NCBI GenBank assembly: GCA_039621445.1
Contig: CP154954.1
Coordinates: forward strand, 41,657,572 to 41,721,571
Reading direction: 5' to 3'
From: Euglena gracilis
Lineage: Eukaryota
Length of the DNA: 64,000 nt
Shown here piece after piece: positions 39,201 to 52,913 of the stretch (positions are counted from its first letter, which is position 1; each line of letters starts with the position of its first letter). The position numbers and the translations under genes were made by a program. The notes beneath the pieces are model-generated. The model had not been told where the DNA came from. It did not search any database and was given only the letters and a program-made list of their open reading frames with translations.

Positions 39201-42200
39201 CTCGGAGGTGCACTTCGCCCCTCGCCTGGGCAAGGCCTTGGAGACCCTGCGCCGGCTGAAGGCTCCCCCTGCCGTCCTCCCTGTGCTCCCTCCATAGTGG
39301 GCATTTTTTTTAAAAAAACAAAACAACGTGTTTTTTTTAAAAAAAACCACTAAAAAAACATCAAAAAGCAAAAGGGAGATTTCATTCAGAAAACTCATTA
39401 TGAAACTCCCAAACCATATTTTGAATCCTACTCAGTTCAAAAGTGCCAAAAATGGTCGAAAACATCCAAAAAAGCAAAAAAATGCAATTTTATGACTTTT
39501 TCCATTTTTTACAGGAGGTAGTTTTTGGTAAAACTGACCCAAAAGTTGCCAAAAATGACCGAAAATACACATTCAAAAAATTTTCTCTGCAAAACCTAGT
39601 GGGCGTGTTTTTTGTTTTTTTAAAAAAACATTGTTAGAAATAAAAAAACAAAAAAACAACGTCAAAAAAAACAGGCGTGCCCACTATGGCTCCCTCCTGT
39701 GGCGCGCCACTGTCCTCCCACAGGTGTGTACCAGATCCGGGATCTCAAGCCGATGGCCCCCCAGCGGCTCATGTCCGCCGGGGTGGCGGCCATGGGTCAC
39801 AAGCCCCTGCGCTTGAACACCTGGCGCTCCCCGCTGCGGCAGTGGGGGGCCCGTTGGGAGAATCTGCTGTGGCACACCCGGTCGCCCATGCGGTTTCTGC
39901 AATTGGTATGGCTCCAGACCCTGGGCAACACCTTTGCCATCTCAGGCTTCGTCCACCGGGCAATCGCCTGCCCGGGCCCAACCTGGGCAGGGTGGTGACT
40001 GAAATTTCCGGCCGCTGTAATGTCAAGAAATTTCATACGATTTTTTTTTTTTCCGACCACTTTTCACGAATGTCATTATCCTAAACCTGGGCAGAAACAT
40101 CCTCCGCTCTGCGCTCTGCCCTCGCAGTGGGATGGCGTGTGGTGCGCAACCAGGCTTGCGCTCGTCCGGTCTGCAGCCTGGCCGCGCCTCTGCCCCGAGC
40201 AGGCCTACCCAGGACAGATTGTCCTCACGCCGGTTAATGACTTCCTCCCTCCGGGTGCCGTCTTCACAGATGACTCCTTAGCGTCCTCCGGGGGAGCCGC
40301 GGTCTGGGCCCCAGACACCGAGTCTGCCCTCACCTGTTCTGTTCCAGGTCCCTTGAGCTCCACCCTCTGCGAGTTGGTGGCCCTACGCACGGCGGCGGAG
40401 GCCTCCCCCCCGCACATCTTGACAGACTTACTGACCTCCCTCCAAACGCTGGCAGGGGGGAATCTCTTCTCCCTTCCGTGTGTCCTCCAGTCTCCCCTCA
40501 TGTCCCCACCGGGGGGGGGGGGGGGCAAAAATTTTGCTCTAGAGAAAATTTGCCAGACAATTTTCGCGGAAGCAAATCCCGCGAAATATTTCCAGACATT
40601 TTTAAGGAATCCCGCGAAATTTTTGTCTGTGTATTTCCTTTCAGGTGCTCAAGGCTTCCCTTTTTTGCTTCACAGAAAAAAAAATCCCTCAAAATTTTCC
40701 GGGCATTTTTAAGGAATCCCACGAAATTTGTCATCCGCGAAATTTGTCGCCGCAAAATTTCTCTGGCACGAAATCCCCCCCCCCCCCGGTAGTGCGCCAG
40801 ATCATCGCCGCAGCCAGGCTTGTGCTTAGTCGGGTGCCTACCCCACGGGAGGGGATGCTAAAGGCTAAAGGTGCCAAAGGCGCCGGGGGCCCGGAACAGG
40901 CTGTATTTTAGTCAGGTGCCGACCCCACCCCAGGGGGGGGGGTGCCTGCCTGGGCAGGCACTTCAAGGCACTCCCGATCCGACCCCCCCGGGGGGGGGGG
41001 GTAGGGCACACGGCCCTACCTCAAGTGCCTAGCACAAGTGCCCTAGCACAGACCCGGCGCCAAAGGCGCGGGGAGCCAAAAATGGCCTATTTTCAAAGGA
41101 ATGTGCCTGGGCACAGGCCAAAATCCGCCCCCCCCCCCCAGTGCCTGCCTGGTCAGGCACTCAAAAGCACTCCGGCCCCCCCCCCCCCCCCCGGGGTTGG
41201 TAAAAAAACAGCCTGGCCCGGAAAAGGCCTTTTTCAATGAGAATTTTCTGGGTCCCCCCCCCGGACCCCCCCCCCCCCCCGGGGGTGTGCCTTCTTGGGG
41301 CAGGCACCCCATAGCACCCACCCCCCCCCCCCCCCTCCCCCCCCCCCCGGTCGGTAAGCACAAGCCTGGCCGCAGCCTCCTCCCTCTCAACGGCGCCACT
41401 CCTGGAGAAGGTGCGGGCGCATGACACGGCCGCCATTGAGACCGGTCATCCCAAGGCAGTGGGGAACGACTCCGCCGATTTCTGGGCCAAGGAGGCTGCC
41501 CTTGGCCGGGCCGCATCAACGTGGTCTCCTCCCCCCCCCCATGCTTTGACGATCCCTTGCTCCTGCAAGACGCCTCAGGGTTGACGATCGACGACCTCGC
41601 CGCAGCGTTCGCCTGGGCCTGGTGGCTCAGGTGCCTGGTCTCCTGTGAGAAGCGCTCATCATTACGCCTCCTCATTTTGTTTCCCGGCATCCACCCCAAT
41701 CGCCGTTTCCCGGCAGGGTTGTTCGATTAATCGAAAGTCGATCAATCGGTCAAGACCCCCCCAATCATCGTTCGTTCGTCCGGTGATCGATTAATCGATT
41801 TTCAATGCCGCACATCCCGATTTTTCCGCACTCCACACCGTATTTTTTTGCACTTCCGGTCAATTTTGCACTTTATCTCAAAAATGTTTGCGCATGTTAA
41901 AATTTTGTTCACATTTTCTCTCAATAATGTTTGTCATTTTATCTCAAAATATTTGCCTACGTTCCGAAATTTTTTGCACACGCGGATCGGGTGTTTTGCA
42001 CTTTTGCCCTTAAAGTCCGTCTTAGGTGCAGGGACTCAGGACAGGGTGTGCGTCTACTACGCCGCCGGACTTCAGGCATGAGGCCTGTGTCTTAAAACGC
42101 AGTCTCCGTCCAAAATGCTGCGTCATGAATAATGATTTTGTTGGAACCCCCCAAAACCGACCAAAATGGTTCAGAAAGCGGAAATGAATGGTTTGAAATG

Positions 42201-45200
42201 GAAATGTCATTGCTGCAAAAGCGCATTGACCTCAGAATTTGTCCCACTTCATTCCAACCTTTGACAAATGAGTTACATTGGTTCGTTTCAAGCCGTTTTG
42301 AGCCGTTTTTCCGAATACAAATCGTTGTAAATGGACAATACAACTCCAACGCCAACATGTGGTATAGAGAAAAATCAAAGACAGGAGTTCTTGGACATTT
42401 CCAAATACCAATTTCTGGTTTTGGAGTTTGCGCATTCATTCACGGTTGGGAAAAATCTTGACCATCACAAATGCACTGCTCAAAGAAGCGCATTGAGTGT
42501 TTGTTGCGCTCAATGTTAGAAAGGAGAGACATAGCGATGTGATGTAGTGTGATGATTTTTTGGCAAAGAAAAGCACTGCATATGTGGACAGCTTGCATCA
42601 AAACCCCAAATATTTTGCTTTTTTGGCTGGCCATTTCAGGCAGTTTTTTTTTGCAATAATTTTTAGCATTTTTGGAATTTTTGGGGTCAATCCATGGTCA
42701 TCATCAGGGGTTTTTTTTTTAAAAACAGGGGGGGTCCCCCCCACCCACCCACCCCCTGGGGGGTCCCCCCGGGGGGGGGGGGGGTCCCGGAGGACCCACA
42801 AAAAATGGCCGAAAATCGCGAAAAGTGCTAAAAATAGAAATTTTTTTGGCGCCTGCGGCGCTGAAAAGTATATCCCACCCCCCTCCAAGGGGACCCCCCC
42901 CCCCGGGGGGGGGGGCTCAGCCGGACCCACCCACCCTGCACCCCCCCTCCCCCCCCCCGGGGGTCCACGACTAAAAAAACCCCTGGTCATCATGGATTTT
43001 TTGATGTCGTGTTCAATCCATTGAGGCTTCATTTTGGGCAAATTTCTGGCAGATCGTCAATCATTTTTTTGGGATGTTTTCAAATATTTTTAATAAGTTT
43101 AGGAAATGCTGGGCCTTTTATGTCATTTTTCTGACCTTTTTTGAACTGTGTCCATCCATTTTGGCCATTTTGGCTGCTTGCACAAGGCCTCCCAGTTGGC
43201 TTTAGACAAATAGGGTGTTCACCGACTCTCGATTTGCCCCCCTCCCCAAAATGTTCGTTCTTTGAGTGGCGTGGATTGAACACACAAGAAAATTCCAGTG
43301 TGTTTTTGGGGGGGGGTGAGGTCGTGTGGTGGGCCGACCCCAGGGTCTGCGCACAACACAGCCCGGATCTCCTCAATATTCTATTGGAGACCTTCCACCG
43401 CTGGGCGGCTGCCAGCGATATGGGCGTGCCGGTGGCGGGTATCCGACTGCCCTCCATCAGCTTCGCGGACGATGTGGCCTTGATTGCCGCCTCGGCCACA
43501 GAAATGACGGCCCTCATCCGAGCATGCCTCCAGCTGGGCGACCTGGACATTGTTTCCTCTTCAGGTTTTCGCTTTGTCGGTGTGGAGCTGGGCTTGCCAG
43601 AGCCCCAGGCCTCGGAGGTGCACTTCGCCCCTCGCCTGGGCAAGGCCTTGGAGACCCTGCGCCGGCTGAAGGCTCCCCCTGCCGTCCTCCCTGTGCTCCC
43701 TCCATAGTGGGCATTTTTTTTAAAAAAACAAAACAACGTGTTTTTTTTAAAAAAAACCACTAAAAAAACATCAAAAAGCAAAAGGGAGATTTCATTCAGA
43801 AAACTCATTATGAAACTCCCAAACCATATTTTGAATCCTACTCAGTTCAAAAGTGCCAAAAATGGTCGAAAACATCCAAAAAAGCAAAAAAATGCAATTT
43901 TATGACTTTTTCCATTTTTTACAGGAGGTAGTTTTTGGTAAAACTGACCCAAAAGTTGCCAAAAATGACCGAAAATACACATTCAAAAAATTTTCTCTGC
44001 AAAACCTAGTGGGCGTGTTTTTTGTTTTTTTTAAAAAAAACATTGTTAGAAATAAAAAAACAAAAAAACAACGTCAAAAAAAACAGGCGTGCCCACTATG
44101 GCTCCCTCCTGTGGCGCGCCACTGTCCTCCCACAGGTGTGTACCAGATCCGGGATCTCAAGCCGATGGCCCCCCAGCGGCTCATGTCCGCCGGGGTGGCG
44201 GCCATGGGTCACAAGCCCCTGCGCTTGAACACCTGGCGCTCCCCGCTGCGGCAGTGGGGGGCCCGTTGGGAGAATCTGCTGTGGCACACCCGGTCGCCCA
44301 TGCGGTTTCTGCAATTGGTATGGCTCCAGACCCTGGGCAACACCTTTGCCATCTCAGGCTTCGTCCACCGGGCAATCGCCTGCCCGGGCCCAACCTGGGC
44401 AGGGTGGTGACTGAAATTTCCGGCCCCTGAAATTTCACGAAATTTCACGATTTTTTTCCTTTTCTTTCCGACCACTTTTCACGAATGTCATTATCCTAAA
44501 CCTGGGCAGAAACATCCTCCGCTCTGCGCTCTGCCCTCGCAGTGGGATGGCGTGTGGTGCGCAACCAGGCTTGCGCTCGTCCGGTCTGCAGCCTGGCCGC
44601 GCCTCTGCCCCGAGCAGGCCTACCCAGGACAGATTGTCCTCACGCCGGTTAATGACTTCCTCCCTCCGGGTGCCGTCTTCACAGATGACTCCTTAGCGTC
44701 CTCCGGGGGAGCCGCGGTCTGGGCCCCAGACACCGAGTCTGCCCTCACCTGTTCTGTTCCAGGTCCCTTGAGCTCCACCCTCTGCGAGTTGGTGGCCCTA
44801 CGCACGGCGGCGGAGGCCTCCCCCCCGCACATCTTGACAGACTTACTGACCTCCCTCCAAACGCTGGCAGGGGGGAATCTCTTCTCCCTTCCGTGTGTCC
44901 TCCAGTCTCCCCTCATGTCCCCACCGGGGGGGGGGGGGGCAAAAATTTTGCTCTAGAGAAAATTTGCCAGACAATTTTCGCGGAAGCAAATCCCGCGAAA
45001 TATTTCCAGACATTTTTAAGGAATCCCGCGAAATTTTTGTCTGTGTATTTCCTTTCAGGTGCTCAAGGCTTCCCTTTTTTGCTTCACAGAAAAAAAATCC
45101 CGCAAAATATTTCCGGGCATTTTTAAGGAATCCCACGAAATTTGTCATCCGCGAAATTTGTCGCCGCAAAATTTCTCTGGCACGAAATCCCCCCCCCCCC

Positions 45201-47866
45201 CGGTAGTGCGCCAGATCATCGCCGCAGCCAGGCTTGTGCTTAGTCGGGTGCCTACCCCACGGGAGGGGATGCTAAAGGCTAAAGGTGCCAAAGGCGCCGG
45301 GGGCCCGGAACAGGCTGTATTTTAGTCAGGTGCCGACCCCACCCCAGGGGGGGGGGTGCCTGCCTGGGCAGGCACTTCAAGGCACTCCCGATCCGACCCC
45401 CCCGGGGGGGGGGGGGTAGGGCACACACGGCCCTACCTCAAGTGCCTAGCACAAGTGCCCTAGCACAGACCCGGCGCCAAAGGCGCGGGGAGCCAAAAAT
45501 GGCCTATTTTCAAAGGAATGTGCCTGGGCACAGGCCAAAATCCGACCCCCCCCCCAGTGCCTGCCTGGTCAGGCACTCAAAAGCACTCCGGACCCCCCCC
45601 TCCCCCCCGGGGTTGGTAAAAAAACAGCCTGGCCCGGAAAAGGCCTTTTTCAATGAGAATTTTCTGGGTCCCCCCGGACCCCCCTCCCTCCCCCGGGGGT
45701 GTGCCTTCTTGGGGCAGGCACCCCCTAGCAACCCACCCACCCCCCTCCCCCCCCCCCCCGGTCGGTAAGCACAAGCCTGGCCGCAGCCTCCTCCCTCTCA
45801 ACGGCGCCACTCCTGGAGAAGGTGCGGGCGCATGACACGGCCGCCATTGAGACCGGTCATCCCAAGGCAGTGGGGAACGACTCCGCCGATTTCTGGGCCA
45901 AGGAGGCTGCCCTTGGCCGGGCCGCATCAACGTGGTCTCCTCCCCCCCCCCCCATGCTTTGACGATCCCTTGCTCCTGCAAGACGCCTCAGGGTTGACGA
46001 TCTACGACCTCCCCGCAGCGTTCGCCTGGGCCTGGTGGCTCAGGTGCCTGGTCTCCTGGGAGAAGCGCTCATCATTACGCCTCCTCATTTTGTTTCCCGG
46101 CATCCACCCCAATCGCCGTTTCCCGGCAGGGTTGTTCGATTAATCGAAAGTCGATCAATCGGTCAAGACCCCCCCAATCATCGTTCGTTCGTCCGGTGAT
46201 CGATTAATCGATTTTCAATGCCGCACATCCCGATTTTTCCGCACTCCACACCGTATTTTTTTGCACTTCCGGTCAATATTTTGCACTTTATCTCAAAAAT
46301 GTTTGCACATGTTAAAAATTTGTTCACATTTTGTCTTAAAAATGTTTGGCATTTTATCTCAAAATATTTGCCTACGTTCCGAAATTTTTTGCACACGGAT
46401 CGGGTGTTTTGCACTTTTGCCCTTAAAGTCCGCGTCTTAGGTGCAGGGACTCAGGACAGGGTGTGCGTCTACGCCGCCGGACTTCAGGCATGAGGCCTGT
46501 GTCTTAAAACGCAGTCTCCGTCCAAAATGCTGCGTCATGAATAATGATTTTGTTGGAACCCCCCAAAACCGACCAAAATGGTTCAGAAAGCGGAAATGAA
46601 TGGTTTGAAATGGAAATGTCATTGCTGCAAAAGCGCATTGACCTCAGAATTTGTCCCACTTCATTCCAACCTTTGACAAATGAGTTACATTGGTTCGTTT
46701 CAAGCCGTTTTGAGCCGTTTTTCGAATACAAATCGTTGTAAATGGACAATACAACTCCAACGCCAACATGTGGTATAGAGAAAAATCAAAGACAGGAGTT
46801 CTTGGACATTTCCAAATACCAATTTCTGGTTTTGGAGTTTGCGCATTCATTCACGGTTGGGAAAAATCTTGACCATCACAAATGCACTGATCAAAGAAGC
46901 GCATTGAGTGTTTGTCGCGCTCAATGTTAGAAAGGAGAGACATAGCGATGTGATGTAGTGTGATGATTTTTGGCAAAGAAAAGCACTGCATATGTGGGCA
47001 GCTTGCATCAAAACCCCAAATATTTTGCATTTTTGGCTGGTTTTCTGCCATTTCAGGCAGTTTTTTTTTGCAATAATTTTTAGCATTTTTGGAATTTTTG
47101 GGGTCAATTCATGGTCATCATCAGGGGCTTTTTTTAAAACAGGGGGGGAGGGGGGGTCCCCCCCCACCCACCCACCCCCTGGGGGGTCCCCGCCGGGGGG
47201 GGGGTCCCGGGGGACCCACAAAATCGCGAAAAGTGCTAAAAATAGCATTTTTTTGGCGCCTGCGGCGCTGAAAAGTATATCCCATTTTTTCCCCTATTGT
47301 CCATGTTGTCCACATTGTCCGTATGTCAAAAACAAACTCGACATTGGTGTTCTTCAACACCGTTCTTCAACACCAACCAAACCACATGCTCACCGAATTT
47401 TGCCCACGTTCAACTAACCCATTTGTATAACCAACGAACCCATTTCCGCACTTTTTTTACCACCCAAGGGACCTGCCTCAAGAAAAAACCCTTGGGTGAT
47501 GAGTGGGTACTCATCCAATGATGATGAGGACACTAAGGGTTTTCAGAGACCCCACATCGAATTCTACTCCCCTGGTCACAAGTGAGGGGCACCATGGCTG
47601 ACATTGTCGGTTATGGTGAACAGAGGGTGACGCCTTGCTTGTGCATTTTTTTTTTAACCAAAAATGCCTTCATTTCAGCTGTTTTTGGTAATTTTGGTTT
47701 GATTTTGGGCTTATTGTTGGAAATTTTTCTCAGTCTTTTTTCCCTTAGGAATGTACAAACTCAGCGCATTTTTTGCGCATTTTTTTGCGCATTTTTGCGC
47801 ATTTTTTCCGAGGGCCGTCCAGCGCATTCCCCCCCCCCTGTCCACTGGTCCACTGCAGGTGAGCAA

Positions 47867-48183
47867 CAGGGCGGTCCTTAGGGGACAGGAAAGTTTTTTT
47901 TTTATATTTCCTTAAGGACCGCCCCCCTTTCGGCCAAAGGGCCAACCAAGGGCTGGACTAGGACTTGGAAAAGGCAAAAATTAAAAAGTCGAAAAACACA
48001 GTTTTTGATGATTTGGGTGGATGGATGATGGTCCAAGGGTGCCAGGAATCAATTTTTTTTCCTGATGTCGACCTGTTCTCGCTGAAAAATGCCAAAATTT
48101 ATTTGCCCATTTTCCGGTAAATTTTTCACTGAGTGTGCTGGGACAGCGGAGTTTTTTTTTTTATTTGCTTAAGGACCGCCCTG
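47867..48183. mobile_element. hAT-like MITE (CAGGGCGGT family); relative at about 56456-56775
   Basis: TIR cagggcggtcctta/taaggaccgccctg; TSD gtgagcaa. Confidence 0.92.
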
Positions 48184-48191
48184 GTGAGCAA

Positions 48192-50290
48192 TGCCGCCTT
48201 CCCTGCCTTTGCCGCCGGAGGACTGGGTGGCGTCCTTCCACAATCCCCTCGCAGCTGCACTGTTGCCGGAGTCCCACCTGCCTGCCCCTTGTCCCCATCG
48301 GATGCCCAGCGCTTCCTCGCTCGTTTGCATTGCCTGCTCGCAGAACGCCTGGCCAAGTGGATGAGTCGCCGCTGCGAGCTGATTGCCGCCGCCCCACAAC
48401 GTGTCCCGGACGGTCTGGGCCTGGTACCCCAGGAATGGGTGCTGGGACAACGCCAGCCTTCGCACCTGCCACCGGAGCGCCGCCTCACGGTGACGGAGTT
48501 GTGACAGGCAGAGGGTGCCTGCCCGCCCGGTTTTGGCCCGAAACCGGGGGGGGGTATTATTTTGGCGGCTGAAGTCGGATCCCAATGGGGGGGGTATTAT
48601 TTGGGGGGTTTACATACCTCTGGACACCTCCGTCGGCAACACGGAAATATTCAGAGCCTAAAAAAGCAACAAAAGGGCCAAAATTCACCTGGCCCGTGTA
48701 GCACCATCTGGGGAGAGAGGGCCCCCCGACACACTGCAACCTGTAACACATCACAGGGATTGTCACAAGCTCAGGGGCTTCCATTACACATTGCTGTTGG
48801 TAAATGTTGCGCCCGCACAACAGTTATCCATTGCGCGTATGCGCAATGTAAAACTGTTGCGCATGTGCGCAATGTCTTTTTTCATGCGGTCTCCCCACCT
48901 CCTTTGCCATCATCCCAGGTCCCATCCAGGCTTGTGCTTAGTCGGGTGCCTACCCCACGGGGGGGGGTGCCAGGGGCAGACACCCCATAGCACCCGATCC
49001 GACCCCCCCGGGGGGGGGTAGGGTTTTGGGGGGTGCCTGCCCCTAGCAGGCACCCCCCTCCGACCCCGGCGCCTTCGGCGCTGGGGCCTGGAAAAGGCCA
49101 TTTTCAATGAAAAGTTTCTGGGTCCCCCCCCCAGGTGTGCCTGCTAGGGCAGGCACCCTATCGCTCCCCCCCCCCCCCCCCCCCCCCCCGGTCGGTAAGC
49201 ACAAGCATGGTCCCATCGTGTGGCCCCGTTCGCCTGAAGTGGCTGCGGGAGCGCCTGGTCCTTTTACAGGAGGAGACGGAGACCTGCCCATCAGCTGCTG
49301 GGTCTTCAGTAGAGGTCTTGCTGGCTCTCTTCGAACGCAGCACCGGTGAGTCCTTCCAACCCCAGGGGTGAATGTGCAGCAACGTGACGGCTCCATTGGC
49401 TGCGTGTTGGGCCTCCTGTGTCTGCACCCCCCGCCCTCGTTGTCCCCTCTGCTGTCCCGAGTTCCCAAGGCAGGGGAGGTGCCTCCAGCCAACAGCTGGT
49501 ACCAGCACTGCAGGCGCGCAAAAGCTGCAGCAAACGCCACCCTGGCCGCCTGGCTGCGGTGCCACCGGTTTCTGAAGCCGGTGGCACCCGAGGAGGGCGA
49601 GTCCGGGATGGCCCTTCTCCTCTTGTGGGAGGTTGACCATGGCTGCGCCTTCCCCAGCGACGCTGGGGATAGATCCTCTTCCTTGTTGGCAGGCTTTTCG
49701 CGGCGGCTGAAAACCACAGCAGAGCAAGACTCCGAGCTGCAGACCTGGTTCGTCCCGAAAGACATGCAGTGCCCTCTCCACCCAGGTCTCCGACCTTCCC
49801 ATCAGGTGCGTTGGCCTGTGAAAGTCATCACCTCCGGCGGTATGTCGGAAACGTGGTTCAGCCATTTTTCGGGACGATGGAAAGCCTACTTTTTGTCCCT
49901 TGTGTGTCCAGCATCACAGGCCGCACCAGCGCTGCCGTCCGCCGGAGCTACATCGAGTTCAGATGCTCTTGCACAGGGGCAGCTGCCGGGGAGCCAGCCC
50001 TGAAACACAGGAGGACGGCTCCTCCCGTGCGCCCAGCCGAAATGACAACGAGTTCAGCTGGGGCCACCTCGCCCGCGGCGCCGGCAATTCGGCGCCCCTT
50101 CATCCACCGTGTCGTCGCAGGCACCACCGCGGAAGAGGCGGGTCACTCTCGGGTCCTGGCTGCAACCACAGCGGCCACCTGAGGGAGCCCATGGCAGAGC
50201 TGCACAGGGGCCGCCCACCTAACGGGGACTGGGACGCGGGCAATTCCCAGGTGACCCCTAGGGAGCCCAGCTGGCGCCCCAGGTGCGCAA
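48192..50290 (+). pseudogene. GC-rich coding-like remnant, possibly the 3' part of the LINE-like ORF
   Basis: Protein-like frames (48192-48500, 49218-50003) on the same strand and with similar composition to the LINE remnant; no diagnostic motif recognised. Confidence 0.35.
48927..49209. mobile_element. hAT-like MITE (CAGGCTTGTGCTTA family)
   Basis: TIR as above; TSD gtcccatc. Confidence 0.92.
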
Positions 50291-50609
50291 GCACCGCCGA
50301 CCGAACCCCCCCCCCCACTACACAGCCTGGGGGGTCGACCCCAGCGACCCTAGGGTCGTAGTGGGCCAACCTGGGGTCGGCCCACTGTCCCCCCCCCCCT
50401 CCCCCAGGCCAGATCCAGGAGCCCAGAGGGTCAGAGAATTCTTTCCAGCATTTTCGGCCAATTTTGGCTGGATTTTGGGTGGGTGGGTGAGTGGTTGACC
50501 CACGGTGATTGTGGGTGGGTGGGTGGGGTTTCAAAAGAAAAGTGGGTGGGCGGGTTTGGGGCCTGGGAAGAATGCTCCCCCAGGTCACTAAGTGAATGTT
50601 TGTCCAGAC

Positions 50610-51316
50610 CAGGGTTGTTTTTTTTTAGTCGGGTGCCGACCCCACCCCGGGGGGGGGTGCCTGCCTGGGCAGGCATTCCAAGGCACTCCAAATCCGACTC
50701 CCCCCCGGGGGGGGGGGGGGTAGGGCAAACTGCCAAAAGTGCCCTGGCACAACCCCGGCGCCAAAGGCGCCGGGAGCCAAAAATGGCCTATTTTCAAAGG
50801 AATGTGCCTGGGCACTGGCCGAAATCCGACCCCCCCCGGGGGGGTAGTGCAGGGTTTGATATAAGGAGGGCGTACATGGTTTAGGTGGGGGGGGTGTTCA
50901 CCCCAACCCCCACCTCCTGGCCCGCCGGGGGGGGGGTCCGGACCGCTCCCCCCCACCTGCCAGGGGGGTCCGGACCGACACTCGGGCGTATCCCCTGGAC
51001 TCATCCCAAAAAGGGTCGATTTTTTCCTCCGGCGCTTTGCGCCGAAAATTTTTTGCATTTTTGGCACATTTTTTTGCCCAAAAAGTGCCCAAAATGGCAC
51101 TTTTGGTCGTTTTGGGGTGTCAAAATTTTTCGGTAACCCAGACCGCGCACCTGTTTAGGTGGGGGGGGGTGTCCCCCCCATCCCTCCCCTCCTGGCCCGC
51201 AGGGGGGGGGGTCCTGACCCCCCCCCCGCCTGTCCTTAGATTGAACCCTGGGGTAGGTCCTTGCTGGGCATGCCCTCCGGACCCCCCCCCCCCCTGGGGT
51301 TGGTAAAAACAGCATG
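50610..51316. mobile_element. hAT-like MITE with a nested second MITE (50850-51250, family of 117-242)
   Basis: Outer TSD gtccagac/atccagac; inner cagggtttgatataagga...ttgaaccctg with TSD gggtagtg/gggtaggt. Confidence 0.75.
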
Positions 51317-52063
51317 ATCCAGACCCCCGAGTCGTAAGAACACCACCATCAGAGGCGCATGCCAAACCAGGGAATTCCCCTTCCTTGGAACCAAAAACTG
51401 GGTACGAAGTCTAGAGAAAAAAGGATGTATTTCCTCTGACAGTCACCTGCCTGCCAATCACAGTGCAGTGGTGCAGCCACCAGAAGGGGCTGACCAGGCT
51501 TTTGCTGAAGGGATTGTAGTACCCCCCCCCCCCGGGGGGGGCTGGACTGCAGATAGTCCAAATTTGGCTAGTGGGATTTCTAGCAGACCCCCCCGGGGGG
51601 GGGGGTCTGCTAGCAGGGCTAGCCAGTGGAAAATTTTTTTCCAGTGACCGGCGCGAAGCACTGAATTTTTGTTGGGACCCCCAAAAATGGCCAAAAATGC
51701 CTGCTTTTGGCCATTTGGGAATTTTTGGATCAAAATCAGCCAAAAACCTATTAAAAACCTCATTTCCACCTCAGCGCACAGCGCCGGAGGAAATTTTTTT
51801 CCAGTTGGGGGGACCCCCCTTCCCCCCGGGGGAGGAGAGGGTCTAGCTGGTCCATTTTTTTCCAGTGTCTAGCCGATTGGCTAGCCAGGGAGTCCAACCA
51901 GCTTCTGAAAAGTTGGCGGAAAAAATTCCAATCCAGCTGGGTTGAGATTGTTAAGCCAAAATTTTGCGGAGAAAATGCCATTTCCCCCTATTTTTGACCC
52001 TCTTTTTTTTCCAAGGAAAGAATCCTGGTTTCTTCTGGGTTGGGCGTATCCAACCCTGAGACC

Positions 52064-52237
52064 AAGGCCAAGAGGAATGAAAAGGCCGCCAAGGTTTCGG
52101 GCACCCATCACGATGATCACTCAGTGGACCACAACAAGTACAAGACGCGCCTGTGTCGCAATTGGAAGGAGACTGGGAAGTGCCCTTACGGGGACACCTG
52201 TGTCTATGCCCATGGGGCTAAGGAAATGCGCTGCAGG
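52064..52237 (+). CDS. Exon of a CCCH zinc-finger (TIS11/ZFP36-like motif) RNA-binding protein
   Basis: [27 protein letters not shown] = C-x8-C-x5-C-x3-H with YKT lead-in; bounded by CTG-N5| upstream and |RNN-CAG downstream, with no GT donor at the proposed exon end. Confidence 0.88.
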
Positions 52238-52913
52238 GAGCAGGCTTTTTTGAATGTGACCCCGCCACTGGCATTTTCAAAGTTTCCCCTCTTCTGGGAG
52301 GGGGTCGGTTTTTGGGATGGGGAGTGTCAAAGCACCATCAATGTTCAGGCCAGGCACCATCAATGTTCAGGTCAGGCAAACAAAGAGATATTCTTTTCTG
52401 CTGCAATTCTCGCCTTTGTTTCGTGTTTTCGGTTGGGGCTGGTTTTTTTTTTGTAATAGAATTCCAACTGGCCAAATTTGGACAAGCTGCAGTTGAGCCC
52501 CCCCCCCCTCCAGGGGGTGCTGAACCCTTAAGCAGAAGCCTGGACAATGCTCAATCTCAAACAAATGGACACAGCAACGAAGGTGTCCATGTTTTTTTGT
52601 CCCGCTTCGCCCTTAGACAAAAAAACACCGGCCCCTAATTTTCGTTTTTCAAACTGGTAAAAACCCATGAAAGAGGTTTCTGAGATTTTTGCTTTCCCCT
52701 GCACGGACTCTCAGACCAGGAACTGCCAATCAGCCCCCTTTTCAATTTTGTGTGTGTGTTTTTGTGATATTCGGGCTGCAAAGCATCGTCTCTGTGGATC
52801 GCCGAAAACGTGCCACCACCAAAAAAAACAGAGAAGGGGGGTTTTGCGCATCTCCCTGGGGGTGGTGCTTTGGGCAAGGACCACCTGGGGTCAGAGAAGA
52901 GAAGCCTGGCTGG
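52238..52913 (+). other. Candidate nonconventional (non-GT-AG) intron derived from a hAT-like MITE
   Basis: Starts gagCAGgctt...tgacccc, ends ggggtca...aagcCTGgctgg; residual TSD gcagggag/gctgggag; splicing gives EMRCR|EDNEAAVMSL. Confidence 0.75.

Larger units (their letters stand above)
25737..47284. repeat. Four tandem copies of a ~4.4-kb segment (about 25737-30123, 30124-38820, 38821-43230, 43231-47284 truncated)
   Basis: Same ORFs recur (38731 vs 43141, period 4410); copy 2 has a ~0.66-kb deletion and a 4.9-kb insertion. Confidence 0.95.
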
